Shown one piece after another: positions 58,809 to 60,537 of a stretch of DNA of 60,537 nucleotides (positions are counted from its first letter, which is position 1; every line of letters starts with the position of its first letter). The notes under the pieces were generated by a model that had not been told where the DNA came from, made no database searches, and saw only the letters and a program-made list of their open reading frames with translations. A program made the position numbers and the translations under genes. Origin of the DNA: Gemmatimonadales bacterium (GTDB taxonomy: Bacteria > Gemmatimonadota > Gemmatimonadetes > Gemmatimonadales > GWC2-71-9); assembly GCA_041577295.1 (NCBI GenBank), contig JBFGJG010000027.1, forward strand, positions 1 to 60,537, read 5' to 3'.

Positions 58809-58986
58809 CGTCGCTCCTTCCGAGTCCATCGGCTTATTAGCCTCTATCTGTCCCATCTCTCCTACCCCCCCAACCTATCTAGACTCCGCCTCAATCCATG
58901 AACATCATTGTACATGCTGTCAAAGACCCCGCCACTCGCCCACGAACCACCACCGGCGACAAGCAACGGCGAGAAAGGAGACGAGC

Positions 58987-59844
58987 GTGAGCACCTACGC
59001 ACACCCCGAGGTTCTGGTGACGACCGATTGGGTCGACGGCCACGTTGGCGATGAGGAAGTCATCGTTGTCGAGGTCAACGTGGATACCGAGCTCTATGAG
59101 CAGGGTCACATTCCGGGGGCCGTCGGGTGGAGCTGGAAGACGCAGCTCTGCGACACGCTTCGGCGAGACATCCTGAGCAAATCCGAAATCGAAAAGCTGC
59201 TATCGCAGTCGGGCGCTGATGAGCGGTCGACGATCGTGCTTTACGGGGACAGCAACAACTGGTTTGCGGCGTGGGCCTTCTGGCAGCTGAAGGTGTACGG
59301 CCACAACGACGTGCGTCTGATGGACGGCGGGCGAAAGAAGTGGGAGTTGGAAGGACGTCCCCTGGCCAAGGAGAAGCCGACCATATACCCGAAGCAATAT
59401 CGTGCAAAGAATCCAGACCGTGCGCTCCGTGCTTTGTTGCCGGAGGTCAAGGACGCGGTGAGTCGCCGAGTGGTCGAGCTAGTGGACGTCCGAAGCCCGC
59501 AGGAGTATAGCGGGGAGGTGTTGGCACCACCCGGTCTCCCCGAGACGTGTCAGCGCGGTGGTCACATACCAGGAGCCTCGAGCATTCCGTGGTCACAAGC
59601 GGTCAACGACCGCGACGGCACGTTCAAGAGCGTTGAGGAGCTGGGGAAGATTTACCGAGATGCGGGTATTACCGGTCAAAAACCAATCATTGCATATTGT
59701 CGCATCGGCGAGCGAAGCAGTCACTCCTGGTTCGTGCTGAAATACCTGCTGGGCTTCGAGGACGTGAAGAACTACGACGGTTCGTGGACGGAGTGGGGAA
59801 ATTTGGTTGGTGCTCCTATCGCGACGGGGCCTGCGAGCGGGTGA
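58987..59844 (+). CDS. Tandem-domain rhodanese / thiosulfate sulfurtransferase (second paralogue)
   Basis: [14 protein letters not shown] twice, [27 protein letters not shown]. Confidence 0.95.
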   Translation: MSTYAHPEVLVTTDWVDGHVGDEEVIVVEVNVDTELYEQGHIPGAVGWSWKTQLCDTLRRDILSKSEIEKLLSQSGADERSTIVLYGDSNNWFAAWAFWQLKVYGHNDVRLMDGGRKKWELEGRPLAKEKPTIYPKQYRAKNPDRALRALLPEVKDAVSRRVVELVDVRSPQEYSGEVLAPPGLPETCQRGGHIPGASSIPWSQAVNDRDGTFKSVEELGKIYRDAGITGQKPIIAYCRIGERSSHSWFVLKYLLGFEDVKNYDGSWTEWGNLVGAPIATGPASG

Positions 59845-59862
59845 TCGCTCAATCGCAATCCC

Positions 59863-59893
59863 AAGGGGCACCCAAAAGAGGGTGCCCCTTTTT
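59863..59893 (+). terminator. Intrinsic terminator
   Basis: AAGGGGCACCC-loop-GGGTGCCCCTT followed by a T-run. Confidence 0.85.
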
Positions 59894-60092
59894 CTTTGGC
59901 TGTGTCCCCCTACCTCACACTCCTTCTGTGACGCGCCTAACAGCGCATCGCACCGTAGGACGCCATCATCGTGAGCCAAAGGCGTATTGGGGTGTCACGG
60001 AATGAGGCAGGTGTGCCGGAACGTGCAGGCTGACCATAAACGCCTCCAACCCGAACTCCTTGAAAACCCAAGACTAACCGTTCCAGCACCAG

Positions 60093-60108
60093 CGGCACTG
60101 GGGTTGCA
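60093..60108 (+). promoter_or_regulatory. sigma54 -24/-12 promoter
   Basis: CGGCAC-TGGGG-TTGCA matches the YGGCAC-N5-TTGCW consensus, about 50 nt upstream of the lipoprotein start. Confidence 0.65.
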
Positions 60109-60157
60109 ACTTCCCGCGTTGGACACGAACGGTCTGCAACCAACAAAGGAGATGGAG

Positions 60158-60537
60158 ATGTTGAAAGCACCAGTACGATCGATGCTCTGTGCGGGGACGA
60201 TTGCGGTGGTGACGGCATGCGGAGGGCCGACGGAGCTCACGGTGGAGAACCTCGAGGGAGTGTGGAACGCGGCCCAGTACATATACACCAACCAGGCCAA
60301 TAGCTCGGAGACGGTCGACATCATCACGCTCGGAGCGAGTCTGCAAGTGACGGTGGCCGCCGATGGTACGGTGAGCTCGCTGTTCAGGGATAGCCAGGGT
60401 GGCACGAGCTCTGACTCGGGCAACTTGAACACGGACGGAACCCGCATCACGCTCGCGGGTGTGGTCTACGACGCTGAACTCTCCGCTAGCACCTTGATGT
60501 TGCAGAACGACGCGAGCGCGTACGACTTCGACAGCGA
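60158..60537 (+). CDS. Lipoprotein with lipocalin-like fold, partial (runs off window)
   Basis: Manual translation MLKAPVRSMLCAGTIAVVTAC-GGPTELTVENLEGVW...; lipobox VTAC; LxGxW motif; AAGGAG RBS. Confidence 0.75.
   Translation, partial: MLKAPVRSMLCAGTIAVVTACGGPTELTVENLEGVWNAAQYIYTNQANSSETVDIITLGASLQVTVAADGTVSSLFRDSQGGTSSDSGNLNTDGTRITLAGVVYDAELSASTLMLQNDASAYDFDS

Overview
GC-rich (roughly 65% by eye) bacterial chromosome segment with about 50 densely packed genes. The gene repertoire resembles Gemmatimonadota (inference only). I see no rRNA, tRNA, CRISPR array, transposase, integrase or prophage. Most content is housekeeping or accessory: two MscS channels, K+ channels including a GluR0-like one, two rhodaneses, IscA and IscU/SufU, a YyaL-AKR fusion, a Ser/Thr kinase, several two-component systems, rimB-rimK-aspartoacylase, a class II photolyase, an ATP-dependent DNA ligase and a CoA ligase/enoyl-CoA hydratase pair. 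Main candidates for new biology: (1) at 26.8-36.0 kb, a signal-peptide-bearing dikinase with glucan-water-dikinase domain order is followed by two exported class-A beta-lactamase-fold serine hydrolases (the first translationally coupled), and the operon is divergent from an NTT/TLC-like nucleotide transporter-HEAT fusion plus a cNMP-domain protein, suggesting an ATP-export plus periplasmic phosphorylation system; (2) at 36.05-36.28 kb, a highly structured intergenic RNA carries a 16-nt perfect complement of the canonical 16S 3' end and lies downstream of a probable sigma54-controlled TPR gene; (3) a PAS pseudo-histidine kinase with an H-box His->Gln substitution, and a rhodanese-IscU/SufU-IscA cluster with no cysteine desulfurase. 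All calls come from motif reading; no database searches were run.
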